A DNA stretch of 64,000 nucleotides from contig JADFZZ010000006.1 in NCBI GenBank assembly GCA_015232315.1, positions 94,600 to 158,599 on the forward strand, written 5' to 3'. The notes under the pieces are model-generated. The model saw nothing but the letters and a program-made list of their open reading frames with translations, was not told the DNA's origin and did no database searches. Source of the stretch: SAR324 cluster bacterium. GTDB taxonomy: Bacteria > SAR324 > NAC60-12. Positions within the stretch are counted from its first letter, which is position 1. Each line of letters starts with the position of its first letter. A program made the translations under genes and the position numbers. Below, in pieces: positions 1-11,300 of this stretch.

Positions 1-481
1 TGTAAGTTTTTATTTCAATTTTGCTTTGAGGATGGTTGGAAATGGCGCCAATGACTGAAAAAAATATGGCAAAAATGGGTACTAATGATAACAGTGAGAC
101 AAAAGTTAAAGACTGTGCCGTTTCAAGCAATCGTTTTTTCCAGATGTTTTGTATTAGAATTCTGAAAAACCGATAGATAGTGACACTCTTTTTATAAGTA
201 AAAGTGTGGGTTACTAGAAATTTATTGAGGGTTTTCGAACTGAGTCTGAAATGATTTAAAATTCTAGGGAATTCTGTCATGGGTATTTTTACATCCTGTT
301 CTTTTTGTTTGATTCGTGTATAAGCCAGCAAGGTATTGCAAAAGATTGGCCTTGATTCTGTGCTTTTGTAAATGAGTTCGAATCAATGCGGAATTTATCG
401 ATATTGATCGAAAGGGTTGCTCTTCTTCGGAATAGTTTTTCTGTCCAAATTTGAATCACCTCTGTTTCTTAAAGGGATAGT

Positions 482-2251
482 ATGAGCCAAGATAAAACAA
501 ATATAACAAGTACCAATCCTGATTCAGGAAAAAATACTAACAAAACTAAAAGTCCATCCAATCCAGAGACTAAAGTGGTACAGGAACCAATGGCACCATT
601 GTATCCTAAAAGCTATCCATCAATTAATCCTGCGACCGGGGAACTCAATAGTGATGTGGAATGTACGCCTTTAGATGCTTTTCCCAAAATTTTTAATGAT
701 GCCAGAAAAGCTCAGGAAATTTGGGCTGAAATGAGCTTTGACCAGCGCAAGGAACACATTTTGCGGATGCGTGATTATTTGATTGAAAACGCTGAGGCTA
801 TTTCGCGTGTGATTGCTAAAGATACTGGAAAAACCCTTTCGGATGGTTTTCAGACAGAAGTTTTACCATCAATTTTTGCGACAGATTGGTATGCAAAAAA
901 GACCCATAGATTTCTCAAAAAAGAACGGGTTGCTCCCTCAAACGTTCTTTTTGCTAACAAACAAAGTTACATTTTAAGAATGCCTTTGGGTGTGGTGGGA
1001 ATTATTACACCATGGAATTATCCTTTTGCTATTCCCTGGAGCGAAATTGTCATGGCGTTGATGGCTGGTAATGGGGTTGTGTTTAAAACATCAGAAGACA
1101 CTCCGCTGGTTGGTCAAGAAATTCAGAAAGTGATTGATGCGGGACAACTGCCCAAAGGCTTGTGCCGATTTGTGATGGGAGAAGGATCACAAGTTTCAAA
1201 AGCGATGTTTGAAAATGGGGTGAATAAAATATTCTTTACTGGAAGTGTCCGGGTGGGAAAACTGTTGATGAAACAAGGTTCTGAGTATCTGGTTCCCGTG
1301 TCTCTTGAACTCGGTGGAAATGACGCTGCAATTATTCTGGAAGATGCTAATCTTGAACGAGCCGCTAATGGTGTTGTATGGGCTGGATTTCAGAATAGCG
1401 GACAAACGTGTGCAGGTGTGGAACGGGTTTATGTTCAAGAATCCATTTATGAAGAATTTATGAAATTGGTTCGAGAAAAAACTATCCAGCTTCGTCAAGG
1501 TGCTGATACCGGCAAATTTGATATTGATGTCGGTTCCATGACAACAGTAAGACAACTAGAGACGGTTCGACGCCATGTTGATGACGCATTGAAAAAAGGA
1601 GCGGTTATTACAGCTCAAACCAAAGTAAAAACTACAAAAGGAAACTTCTATCCTGCTACGGTATTGGAAAATGTTAATCACACCATGGCTGTCATGATGG
1701 AGGAAACATTTGGTCCGTTGATCGCGTGTATGAAATTCAAATCGGATGACGAAGCTATCTCACTGGCCAATGATTCCGATCTTGGCTTGACTTCAAGTGT
1801 CTGGACTATGGACTCTGAACGAGGACAGTTTATTGCCAAAAAACTGGAAACAGGAATTACAACAATAAATGACCACGTCTTTACGCATGGTCTACCCGAA
1901 TTGCCTTGGTTAGGTTGGAAAAACAGTGGTATTGGCTCAACACATTCTCACCTTGGATTAGAAGAAATGACCAAACCCAAGGTGGTTAATTATGATCTTG
2001 CTCCAAATCTGAATTCAAATCTATGGTGGTTTCCACATCGAAAAATTACGTTTGATGCCTTGATCGATACACCAAAACTGATTTTTGGAAGTTTGCAGGA
2101 ACGTGCAGATTCGTTGTCGAAGATCATGCCAAAACTGATCAGAGATCCTCTTGTAAAAGAAAAGTTGTTTTTTGTTCTCAAGCGAACAGGACTTCGAGTG
2201 AGAAAAACTATTTCAGAAATAAATGAAATGCCTTCAGATGACGACAATTAG
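482..2251 (+). CDS. Aldehyde dehydrogenase family protein (NAD(P)-dependent), with unusual N- and C-terminal extensions
   Basis: ALDH hallmark motifs: ELGGND (glutamate active-site region) and GQTCAGVERVYV (catalytic Cys). Length of 589 aa exceeds the typical ~480 aa. The first ~50 aa are S/T/N/P/K-rich low complexity and there is a ~100-aa C-terminal tail. Confidence 0.85.
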   Translation: MSQDKTNITSTNPDSGKNTNKTKSPSNPETKVVQEPMAPLYPKSYPSINPATGELNSDVECTPLDAFPKIFNDARKAQEIWAEMSFDQRKEHILRMRDYLIENAEAISRVIAKDTGKTLSDGFQTEVLPSIFATDWYAKKTHRFLKKERVAPSNVLFANKQSYILRMPLGVVGIITPWNYPFAIPWSEIVMALMAGNGVVFKTSEDTPLVGQEIQKVIDAGQLPKGLCRFVMGEGSQVSKAMFENGVNKIFFTGSVRVGKLLMKQGSEYLVPVSLELGGNDAAIILEDANLERAANGVVWAGFQNSGQTCAGVERVYVQESIYEEFMKLVREKTIQLRQGADTGKFDIDVGSMTTVRQLETVRRHVDDALKKGAVITAQTKVKTTKGNFYPATVLENVNHTMAVMMEETFGPLIACMKFKSDDEAISLANDSDLGLTSSVWTMDSERGQFIAKKLETGITTINDHVFTHGLPELPWLGWKNSGIGSTHSHLGLEEMTKPKVVNYDLAPNLNSNLWWFPHRKITFDALIDTPKLIFGSLQERADSLSKIMPKLIRDPLVKEKLFFVLKRTGLRVRKTISEINEMPSDDDN

Positions 2252-2261
2252 GGAGCAACTC

Positions 2262-2990
2262 TTATTTTGAAACAGGAACCAAAATTTTTTGGTAGCTTAA
2301 CCGGGTTCCTGTTACCATTTCTACTATTCCAAGATCAATTCGAACAGAATCGCCATTTTCAATCGCAGACAATGTGAGAGGGATTAGTGCTTCTGTTTCC
2401 TGTTTTCCTTTAAGCCAATAATAAGCAACAGGGATATTCAGGGGTGTCTGATTTTTCCACACATGGAAGGAAACTTTAAAAAAGCGCGAAACAATATCAG
2501 GGTTTACAACCTTATATATGAGTTCACCATTCAAATTATTGACTTCCGGGTGAAGTGATGACGGTTTAAAAGTGAACCGAGAAACAAAAATATCTTTTTC
2601 ACCGGGTATTCTGTACCTGGAGTAAATTCTTTCCAGAGCACCTTTCCAGATTTTCTTGACATAATCGGTTTCACTAAGATGCATGCGTTTCATCAAAACA
2701 GGAACATCATTTTCAGAGCCGAACATTCCCAAAAAAAATGCTAGACGCCAGCGAATATTTTCGTCAAGAGTTTCGTTGTCGACCTTTTGCCGGATTACTC
2801 CTAATGAGAATTCAGGAAACAATAAAAATGCATCCATTGCACGAATTCTTGTCGCAAGTGAATAATCACCAAGTTCAGTCAGCCATTGATTTCTAAGATT
2901 GTTCTGAACCATCTCTTCAATCATACTCGCGGAGATATGACTGGAAAATAAAACAAATATAATAATAAGAAAATTGCGTTTTAATATCAT
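2262..2990 (-). CDS. Hypothetical secreted protein
   Basis: 242-aa ORF with N-terminal signal-peptide-like segment MILKRNFLIIIFVLFSSHISAS. No recognisable catalytic motif. Convergent with the upstream ALDH gene. Confidence 0.45.
   Translation of the reverse strand: MILKRNFLIIIFVLFSSHISASMIEEMVQNNLRNQWLTELGDYSLATRIRAMDAFLLFPEFSLGVIRQKVDNETLDENIRWRLAFFLGMFGSENDVPVLMKRMHLSETDYVKKIWKGALERIYSRYRIPGEKDIFVSRFTFKPSSLHPEVNNLNGELIYKVVNPDIVSRFFKVSFHVWKNQTPLNIPVAYYWLKGKQETEALIPLTLSAIENGDSVRIDLGIVEMVTGTRLSYQKILVPVSK
2271..2313. terminator. Inverted repeat between convergent genes (possible bidirectional terminator)
   Basis: AACAGGAACC (2271-2280) and its reverse complement GGTTCCTGTT (~2304-2313) form a 10-bp stem with a ~23-nt loop just past the ALDH stop. 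It overlaps the last codons of the convergent 2262..2990 ORF. Confidence 0.2.
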
Positions 2991-3013
2991 CGATCTTTTA
3001 TCAGGGAAATTGT

Positions 3014-3430
3014 ATGGAACATATTCAATATGAAATAAACGCCTTTGTCAGCGCAGAGGAATTTATAAAATTGCTTCATGCGTCAACGTTAGCATCACGA
3101 AGGCCTGTTGATGATCAAGGTTGTATCGAAAGTATGTTGAAACACGCAAATTTAATTGTTTCAGCAAGGTCAGGTTGCCAACTGGTAGGGATCGCAAGAT
3201 CGGTCACCGATTTTAGCTACTGTTGTTATCTTTCTGATTTAGCCGTAGATCATTCTTGTCAAAAACAAGGAATTGGCAAACAATTGATTTACTGGACTCA
3301 AAAACAACTTGGGCCTAAATGCAAGATCATTTTGCTCTCAGCTCCCGGAGCCGTGAACTATTATCCTCATATTGGTTTCTTCAAACATGAGCAGGCATGG
3401 ATCTTACCTCCTGAGGTGGAACTGAAATAA
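3014..3430 (+). CDS. GNAT family N-acetyltransferase
   Basis: 138 aa. Contains the acetyl-CoA binding motif QKQGIGKQLI (Q/R-x-x-G-x-G/A) typical of the GNAT fold. Confidence 0.7.
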   Translation: MEHIQYEINAFVSAEEFIKLLHASTLASRRPVDDQGCIESMLKHANLIVSARSGCQLVGIARSVTDFSYCCYLSDLAVDHSCQKQGIGKQLIYWTQKQLGPKCKIILLSAPGAVNYYPHIGFFKHEQAWILPPEVELK

Positions 3431-3515
3431 ATCATTAAAATCAAATGCTTTATCCTGTTTAGCAAGGTTGTGCTAATTTAAAAATAATTCCTGAAATATT
3501 TTCAAGGATTGTTCC

Positions 3516-4763
3516 ATGCACCAGCAAATATTCTCTTCTCAAATATCCAGATTGCCAGTTTGGGCAATATTTCAGCGATTTTTTTTAAATCACCCTTCTG
3601 AATTATTGGTTCATGCTATTGCAACTCTTGGTCTTATGGCCAGAATTTCCTGGAAAGAGCAGGGTTTTCAGCACGAAGAAATCCAGTATATGGCTAGTCA
3701 ACTGGCTGAAATTCTAAATATTAGCCAGGAAGAAGTTAATTCATTGATACTTGAACTCAAAGCAATTCAATGGCGAACTTCTTTTGCTGAAAAGCAACTT
3801 TTTGAGCAATTTTTCAGGTTTGAGTGTGATCGTTCTACCAGAAATGCCTTGTTGAGATCATTGCTGGGAATGGCTGGTTGTGACAAAGCTCTGACGGAGC
3901 GTGAATGTGCCATCATCTTGAGAACAGTGCAATCCATTGGACTTTCCCTGACGGAGTATAAAATGGCTGTTTTGCCATATACGTCTGTTCTTGTATCGGC
4001 TCAGGCTGGATTGAATAAATATATTTTAAATGCAGCAGGTAATGAAAATGTACAAATATATTGCCAGAATAAAATCGTGACTCAGGAGTTGGAAAATATA
4101 TCTCTGGCAGAATTGACCTTTAGAAGTAATAAGAAAATATCTGTTGGTACTTTGATTCAGATTAGTCTTTTTTCCTATATATCCATTATATCTTATGTGT
4201 CACGTGCAAAGAAAGAAGATGGTCAGTGGGTGATCAGCCTTGATTTGGATCTTAATCCTGTGGAGTGTGGGTATTTGGATAATCTGCTCCACATGGGGTC
4301 AATCAATCAGCCTGAAATCAGCCTGAAAACGACATTTGCATCTTGCCAACAATTGCCTGAACAACTGCTGGGATACTTATGGAATAGTATGCCTGATTCC
4401 AGAGCAGATATGGCTATGTCTTTGAAGAAAATGATTGAATCCCGGAAAGTGCTACCCAATTTGATTTTCAGTGATATTCAGGCTTGGCATGCTGATTTAC
4501 TGAAAACACAGATGGAAAAACGAAATATTTTGTTTGGCAATCCGGATTGGGATGTGATTGGACAACAACTGGATCAGGAATTTTCTGAGCCATTGTCAGT
4601 GATTATAAAGCTTCAATTACTGAGTCTGATCCGATGGATATTGCCCAAGGGATTATGGAAAAAAAAGGTGTTTTCGACATCGGAAATGGCAGTTATCAAA
4701 CCTATGATGGAACAATTAGGATTATCCCCTGAAAAATGGAGTTTAGAGAGGGCTGCAATATGA
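3516..4763 (+). CDS. Hypothetical protein (N-terminal region weakly TerB/DjlA-N-like), first gene of an SBP-cyclase operon
   Basis: 415-aa ORF without hallmark catalytic motifs. Its stop overlaps the start of the downstream solute-binding protein gene (ATGA at 4760-4763), indicating translational coupling. Confidence 0.45.
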   Translation: MHQQIFSSQISRLPVWAIFQRFFLNHPSELLVHAIATLGLMARISWKEQGFQHEEIQYMASQLAEILNISQEEVNSLILELKAIQWRTSFAEKQLFEQFFRFECDRSTRNALLRSLLGMAGCDKALTERECAIILRTVQSIGLSLTEYKMAVLPYTSVLVSAQAGLNKYILNAAGNENVQIYCQNKIVTQELENISLAELTFRSNKKISVGTLIQISLFSYISIISYVSRAKKEDGQWVISLDLDLNPVECGYLDNLLHMGSINQPEISLKTTFASCQQLPEQLLGYLWNSMPDSRADMAMSLKKMIESRKVLPNLIFSDIQAWHADLLKTQMEKRNILFGNPDWDVIGQQLDQEFSEPLSVIIKLQLLSLIRWILPKGLWKKKVFSTSEMAVIKPMMEQLGLSPEKWSLERAAI

Positions 4764-6343
4764 GGTGTGGGTTCTCAGATGCTATTTTCAGGAAAATATT
4801 GCAATCGGGATTTCTGGTTTTTACAATCATGATCATGGGTCTGATTCCTGATCTCTGGGGGATAACTCCACAGTATGGTGGAACATTTATTTACCGGGCG
4901 CCAGATAAGGTTCAAATACTTGATCCGCCTAGAATTGAAGACAATGTCAGTTATAATATTTCAGGCAATATCTATGAGGGTTTAGTACGATATCAGGGTG
5001 AGTCTGCGATTATTGAACCTTCCTTGGCCACACGTTGGGAAGTCTCAAAAGATGGATTGTATTGGACGTTTTTTTTGAGACATGAAGTAGTTTTTCATGA
5101 CAATACAAAGCTTAACGCAAATGCTGTCTTATTTTCATTCATGAGACAGATGGATGAGCATCATCCGTATTATCGAGATGATTTTCTTTATAAAGATGTC
5201 ATTTTCAGCCATGTAAAATCCCTTAGCGTTCTGGATGAATACACCATACAGTTTGAACTTTCCAAACCGTTCAGTCCATTTTTGCATCTACTGACTATGC
5301 CTCCAGCAAGGATCGTATCTCCCGATGCTGTCATGAAAAATCCAGATGAGTTTGGACTGCATCCTGTGGGAACGGGTCCTTTTTATGTCAAGGAATGGAC
5401 TGAGCGTGATTTGGTGCTTGAACCATTCGGTGCGCATTGGGAGGGGCGTCCTTATCTGGATCGGGTCATCATTCAACCTGCAAAATATTTGAAGACGATG
5501 CTTCTAAGTATGAGGCAAGGTAATCTTCACCTTTCAGAAGGGGTTACCAGTCGTGAACTATTATGGGTTCGTGGTGATTCTGAAATAAAAATGAAAAAAA
5601 CCGCGGCCAATTCGATCAAATTTATAGTTTTCCACACCCAAAAACCTCCATTAAACGACATTAGAATCCGTCGAGCTCTTCAAGATGTTTTGAACCGCAA
5701 AGGTTTGGTGAGTTGGTTATGGCAAGATAATGCGCTGCCGACCAATTCACCTGTTCCCCCAAGCAACTGGGCCTACAAAGCGGTTGATATTCCTGTGCAG
5801 AATCTTGAAAAAGCTAAAGAGTTGCTGAATGAAGTCATAACAGAACCGTTATCACTGAAAGTGGTTATGTTGCAAACCCGTGATACAGCATGGGAACGTT
5901 TTTTTGAGAGTTTTTCAGCGGCATGTTCACAGGTGAATGTTCAATTGAATGTGAAGACGTTAAAAGGAAAAGACTATCTTCAGGCAATGAAAACCGGCGA
6001 TTATGATCTAATCTGGATGGGATGGTCTGGAGATCATGCGGATCCTGACAATTTTGTCTATCCCTTGCTTCATTCCATTAATGCGTATCCGGGAAGTTTT
6101 TCAAATTTATCTTATTACAGTAATCCCGTTATGGATGAATTGATTGAAAATGCTCAACGGGAAACCGTCATGGAAAAACGTCAACAGCTATATTATAAAA
6201 TTCAGGAAATACTGGTTGAAGAAATTCCATGGATTCCGATACTTGTTCCACAGAATATTTATCTGTATCACCATTCTGTTCAGGATGTCAGTGTTACTGT
6301 GACCGGGAGGGTAAAGCTCGAAAAAATCTGGATTGAGAAATAA
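4760..6343 (+). CDS. ABC-type substrate-binding protein, family 5 (DppA/OppA/NikA-like), orphan (no permease/ATPase genes adjacent)
   Basis: Signal peptide after the M at 4760 (MRCGFSDAIFRKILQSGFLVFTIMIMGLIP). Family-5 SBP-like segments (GTGPFYVKEW, WSGDHADPDNF). Start placed at 4760 because of ATGA coupling with the upstream ORF. Confidence 0.75.
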   Translation: MRCGFSDAIFRKILQSGFLVFTIMIMGLIPDLWGITPQYGGTFIYRAPDKVQILDPPRIEDNVSYNISGNIYEGLVRYQGESAIIEPSLATRWEVSKDGLYWTFFLRHEVVFHDNTKLNANAVLFSFMRQMDEHHPYYRDDFLYKDVIFSHVKSLSVLDEYTIQFELSKPFSPFLHLLTMPPARIVSPDAVMKNPDEFGLHPVGTGPFYVKEWTERDLVLEPFGAHWEGRPYLDRVIIQPAKYLKTMLLSMRQGNLHLSEGVTSRELLWVRGDSEIKMKKTAANSIKFIVFHTQKPPLNDIRIRRALQDVLNRKGLVSWLWQDNALPTNSPVPPSNWAYKAVDIPVQNLEKAKELLNEVITEPLSLKVVMLQTRDTAWERFFESFSAACSQVNVQLNVKTLKGKDYLQAMKTGDYDLIWMGWSGDHADPDNFVYPLLHSINAYPGSFSNLSYYSNPVMDELIENAQRETVMEKRQQLYYKIQEILVEEIPWIPILVPQNIYLYHHSVQDVSVTVTGRVKLEKIWIEK

Positions 6344-6345
6344 TC

Positions 6346-8310
6346 ATGCGTTGGTCCATCAAATATAAAATCATTATCCTTGCTGTTGCGGTATCGTTGT
6401 TGGCGGCATTCGTGGTGACATGGGTGAGCATTCGTCAGGTCACGTTGCAGGTCAACAAACAGTTGAATGAAACAGGCCAGGGCCTTCTTGAAAGCGTGCA
6501 GAATCATATTCGACAGGATCTGGAAAAAGCAGAAAGATTTGCAGATTTATTAGCGACTCATCATCAACTACGTGAATATCTTTTGCATCATGATGCGGAA
6601 ACACTGGTTTCATGGTTGAACAAACAATCTGAAATGGAGATATATGCGTTGCTTGAAATATTTGATCGGGAGGGGAACCGTGTTGCGGTTAACCGATGGC
6701 TGAACAAGGACAGTGATGAATTGACGCCCTATTTGACCGATCAGAAAGACCCTGTTTTACAAGCAGCTCTGAAGTATCAAATATCTGCTGAAATCAAACA
6801 ATTGACACAAGGTTTGTCCATTCGGGTGACAGTTCCGATTGTGGATATTATCACGATTAAGGTTCTGGGGGTTTGTGTGGTGAGTTTCCCCATGAATTAT
6901 GACTGGATAGATCGAATCAGGGCTGAATCTCCCTATCATTTGGCTTTGATTGCCAACAGCCAGTCTAAATTAGCAACCAGCGTGATCACTCCAGAAGGTC
7001 GACGTATGGAAGAACTACCTGTTGAAATTTCCCAAAATATATCGGGCGATTTACCGGGGCAAATTGAACAAATATCATTGTTTGATCATTCCTATATGGT
7101 TCTGTTTGCGCCGATTTATGATCCGCGTTCCATTGCCCAGGGACAAATGATTGCCTTGATGCAGAGAGATTTGATCGAATCCACAACGGAACAGATTCTG
7201 AATGTACTGGTTTTTGTGGCATTGGCCACTGTTTTGGGGTGTGTGATCCTTGGAACTTTTGTTGCATACGGCATGACCAAACCTTTGCAACGTTTGATGG
7301 AAGCCATGCACCGGATTGCTGAAGGGGATCTGGACCAGACCATTAAAGTGAGTTCCAGAGATGAGATTGGTGAGCTAACACAGGCCGCTCAATGGATGCA
7401 GGATGAATTGAGAACCATCCAGGATCTTGTGGACAAGATGTTACAAACATTTCAATTGTTTGTGCCAACTCAGTTTCTAAGACATATCGCACATGATGGC
7501 ATCGAAAATGTGAAGTTGGGAAATGCCCAACAGGAAACAGTCTCTGTCCTGTTTTCAGATATCCGTGGTTTTACGACAATTTCAGAATCCATGTCTCCAC
7601 AGCAGTTGCTGGATTTTCTCAATCTTTTGTTTCGGCAGGTCGGAAAAGCCATTGAACAATATGGTTTTATTGACAAGTTTATTGGAGACGCGGTGATGGC
7701 TGTTTTTGAAGGGGAAGCAGAAGATTACAGCGGAGCGCAAAATGCGGTGACTACCGCGTTGATTATGCAAACAGCGTTGCAGAAATTCAGAAATGAAAAT
7801 CATTCACCCGTAGAAATCGGGATTGGAATTAACACTGGACCTGTGGTGATTGGAACGGTTGGAACCTCAAGCAGGATGGATTCAACTGTGCTGGGAGATA
7901 CCGTCAATCTGGCATCCCGCATGGAAGGGTTGACCAAAAATTATGGAGGGTCGTTGCTGATTTCGGAAAATACATTCAAACAGCTTCCAAACACCCACTG
8001 TTTTCAGATTCGAGCTGTTGACAAGGTTAGAGTGAAAGGTAAAAAAGAACCGATTACTGTGTATGAAGTATTTGATAATGATTCTCCTCCAGTTCTTGAA
8101 AAAAAACTGGGTATTCAGAATTTTCTCGAACAGGGACAAGCATTGTATTACTCTCGGCAGTGGCAAGAAGCTCTCGATTTATTTCAGAAATGTTTCAACC
8201 TTTTCCCGGAAGATGTAGTGAGCCAAATGTATTTGGATCGTTGCCGGGAATTTTTCCATCATCCCCCTCCCGGAGATTGGGATGGTGTCATTAGTATGAA
8301 AACAAAATGA
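6346..8310 (+). CDS. Membrane sensor class-III adenylate/guanylate cyclase with periplasmic sensor domain, HAMP domain and C-terminal TPR-like region
   Basis: N-terminal TM, a ~270-aa periplasmic region and a second TM (LNVLVFVALATVLGCVILGTFVAY). HAMP-like segment (RIAEGDLDQTIKVSSRDEIGELTQAAQWMQDEL). Class III cyclase motifs FSDIRGFTTISE and GDAVMAVF. Starts 3 nt after the SBP stop. Confidence 0.8.
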   Translation: MRWSIKYKIIILAVAVSLLAAFVVTWVSIRQVTLQVNKQLNETGQGLLESVQNHIRQDLEKAERFADLLATHHQLREYLLHHDAETLVSWLNKQSEMEIYALLEIFDREGNRVAVNRWLNKDSDELTPYLTDQKDPVLQAALKYQISAEIKQLTQGLSIRVTVPIVDIITIKVLGVCVVSFPMNYDWIDRIRAESPYHLALIANSQSKLATSVITPEGRRMEELPVEISQNISGDLPGQIEQISLFDHSYMVLFAPIYDPRSIAQGQMIALMQRDLIESTTEQILNVLVFVALATVLGCVILGTFVAYGMTKPLQRLMEAMHRIAEGDLDQTIKVSSRDEIGELTQAAQWMQDELRTIQDLVDKMLQTFQLFVPTQFLRHIAHDGIENVKLGNAQQETVSVLFSDIRGFTTISESMSPQQLLDFLNLLFRQVGKAIEQYGFIDKFIGDAVMAVFEGEAEDYSGAQNAVTTALIMQTALQKFRNENHSPVEIGIGINTGPVVIGTVGTSSRMDSTVLGDTVNLASRMEGLTKNYGGSLLISENTFKQLPNTHCFQIRAVDKVRVKGKKEPITVYEVFDNDSPPVLEKKLGIQNFLEQGQALYYSRQWQEALDLFQKCFNLFPEDVVSQMYLDRCREFFHHPPPGDWDGVISMKTK

Positions 8311-11300
8311 CTACAATTTATCGTTTTGTGTGGATATTAGGGATATGGAGCGTTCTTCATGGCATGATTCCCGGATTGATTTGGGCGGAAGAAGAAGGCT
8401 CAGCTAAGGGTAAACTGGCTGAACTTGAATGGCACACAATCGAAACCAGACACTTTTTCGTCCATTATCATGATGATATCGAAGAACTGGCACGCCTTTG
8501 CACTGTGTATGCTGAAGAATCTCATGAAATTCTCGCCCCCTTGCTGGATTGGGAACCCCAGCAAAAAACACACATGATTATTACCGATATTCTGGATAAT
8601 CAGGATGGCAACGCACGCAATCTCCCTTATCCCATTTTACGAATTTATCCTTATCCGCCAACAATCAACAGTGCCATTGCTGAATATGAGAGCAGTGATT
8701 GGCTGCGTATCCTGATTTTACATGAATATGTCCACATTCTGAATCTGGACACAGTGGCGGGATATTCCAAAGTAGTGAGAGACTGGTTTGGTCGACCGGG
8801 GATTGCGTTCAATCCTTTAGCGGCAACGGGGTTTCTCCATCTGAACAGTCCAAATAACTTTGCTCCTCCCTGGTTGACAGAAGGATTGGCTGTATATCTT
8901 GAAACAGAACTGACTCACTCAGGACGGGGGATTAGTCCTAAGTCAGAAATGCTGTTCAGGATGGGAACGAAATTGAATGATTTGATCAGCCTGGACCAAC
9001 TTGATTTTTATCGTTTGGGATTTCCAGGACAACATGCGTCCAGATATATTTATGGAGCCTATTTCCTTGATTATCTGATCAGTGAAAGATCTCCTGAATA
9101 TGTTGGGAAACTCAATCATCTTCTGGCTGAATGGCCTCCATACATGGGAATACATATGCTGGAAGATGAATCAGGAGCCTATCTGGTAGCGGCTTATGAA
9201 CGTTTTCTGGAATACACCAGGACAGAGCATGAGAAACGGTTGGCGATTCTTGAAACTCAGTCTTTGACCCAGTTTCAGGGAATCCAGACGCATGGTTTTT
9301 TACAACGAAATTTTGCGCTGTCTCCAGATGAACGAAAAATGGCCTTTGTCCTGATTGATGTCAAAGGACAGAAACATTTAAAACTGTGGCGGGAATATCC
9401 ATTGACCGGGGGTTATTTCAGGGAACTGGCTCCGGCAGCAACTCAGGATGACCGATGGATTTATACGACATCTCAGGGAATTCCTGTTGAAGAATTTGAA
9501 ACTTTAACCAATCAGGATGCACTTTCACTCAGTTGGCATCCTTCTGAAAAATATTTATTTTATACCGCCCTGTCTCCAGAAGGAATATATTCATTTCAGG
9601 AGCTTTTCGTTTATGACTTTAAAACCGCAAAAACACATCAACTGACCACAAATGCCAGAATTGGGGATGTGGATGTGTCACCTGACGGCAAATTTCTGAT
9701 TGGTGTTGAAAGCGGGAAAGGGCATCAAAATCTGGTTCTGTATGAATTGACGGAAATCCCTGATTCTGGTGATAAACCACCATTTAAGGCAATGCGTCTG
9801 GATGTCTTGACCAAGCATCAATATTCTCGTGTGAGTCAACCCAAATGGGATCATCAGGGAAAAAGACTGGTGTATTCCCTGTCTGATCGCAAAGGGGATA
9901 CTTTTCTGCCCATTATTGACATGGAATCCCGTCAGGAAATCAAGATTATCTCTCAGGGACACCTCCAATCTAATCCAGTCTGGGAACCTGGGGACAATGC
10001 CATTCTGTTTAGTTCTGATCACACTGGAGTCAGCAATATCTATCGTTACAGTCTGGAGTCAGAGGTCATGCTACCCATCACTCATGTTCTTGGTGGAGCG
10101 TTGGAACCTGTGATTTCAAGGCGAAAGGAAAGACTTTATTTTCAGAATTTTTATGGAGAAGGACTGGAACTGGCGTTTATTGAATGGAAAGCGGGGCAAA
10201 CACGTTCAGAACCTTTGCCACAAATCACGCCTGTCTGGAAGCACCAACCGGAATTGGCTGTGGTGCGGGATGGTTCTGTCACCCAATCTGTGACAGAACC
10301 ACAGGAGCCTTATTCTCCGTGGCAGAGCATGTTTCCGCAGTTCTGGTTTATTTATGCTGAAGATGCTCCGGGAGGTTACGCCTGGGGTTTGATCACAGCC
10401 GGGGTTGATGCGCTGGAAGAACAAGGGTATTACGGTGCGGTAACGTATGGAGAGGGGCAACCTTATTACCGGTTTTCCTATTATACAGACCACTGGTATC
10501 CAAATCTGAGTTTTTCATCTTCATTGCTTCCGCAACGATATTCCAAAATTCCTAATTTGAGACAGGGGTGGGAATTGCTGCAGGAACATGTTGTAGGTAT
10601 TTCCTTCAAGCTGGATGACTGGTCTTTGGGGTTTAATTACCTCAATACCACAGAAACTCCATATGAAGACAGCGGGTTTCTGACTGAAGCCAATAAACGC
10701 GCTACCGAAAAATTGGCTACAGCACAAAATCCTTACCGAAGTGTCGGAGATTATTTCAAGCGTCGGACCTTTACCGGCAATCATCAAGGATTCAATTTGT
10801 TTTCCTCCTATTCTACAGTGTCTCATTTTCCCACGTCAATCAGTGAGGAATCCGGAAGCTATTTTTCGGTTGGTTATACGCATTATCCCACGTCTTTAGG
10901 TGATAATCCTGAAATAAAAACATTGGCCGGGGAAGATTTTGATGCGGCGGTACTGTACATGGAAAATACAGATCCGGGATTCAGCTACGATCAGCTCACA
11001 CCTAGACGGGCAGAAACCCTTGCCAGTCTCCTCCATGCAAAAGAACAACTGGTGTCTAATGAGTATCAATTGCTGACAACCAGTTATGGCCACTTTTTTT
11101 CATCGCCCTGGCCCAGGAATGTGTTCCATTGGAATTTGAATGGGGGGGTTGGATTGAATGGAAGCGAGCTATCTGCGGAATTCATGACCAGAGTCAACAT
11201 TCCAGTTCGTGGTTACAAATATGATCTGGAAACCGCTCGTCAATATATCAGCCAGACCATAGAATGGCGTATGCCGTTAGGGAGTGTTTTCAGAGGAATA

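Noticed and set aside
42-180. Possible 45-aa ORF (MAPMTEKNMAKMGTNDNSETKVKDCAVSSNRFFQMFCIRILKNR) in the leader region upstream of the ALDH gene
   Set aside because: No RBS, no recognisable motif, and AT-rich intergenic DNA readily produces ORFs of this size by chance. It could only be supported by conservation or Ribo-seq.
1196-1555. 119-aa minus-strand ORF inside the ALDH gene
   Set aside because: Entirely antisense to a well-supported ALDH coding region with hallmark motifs. Typical spurious antisense ORF in AT-rich DNA.
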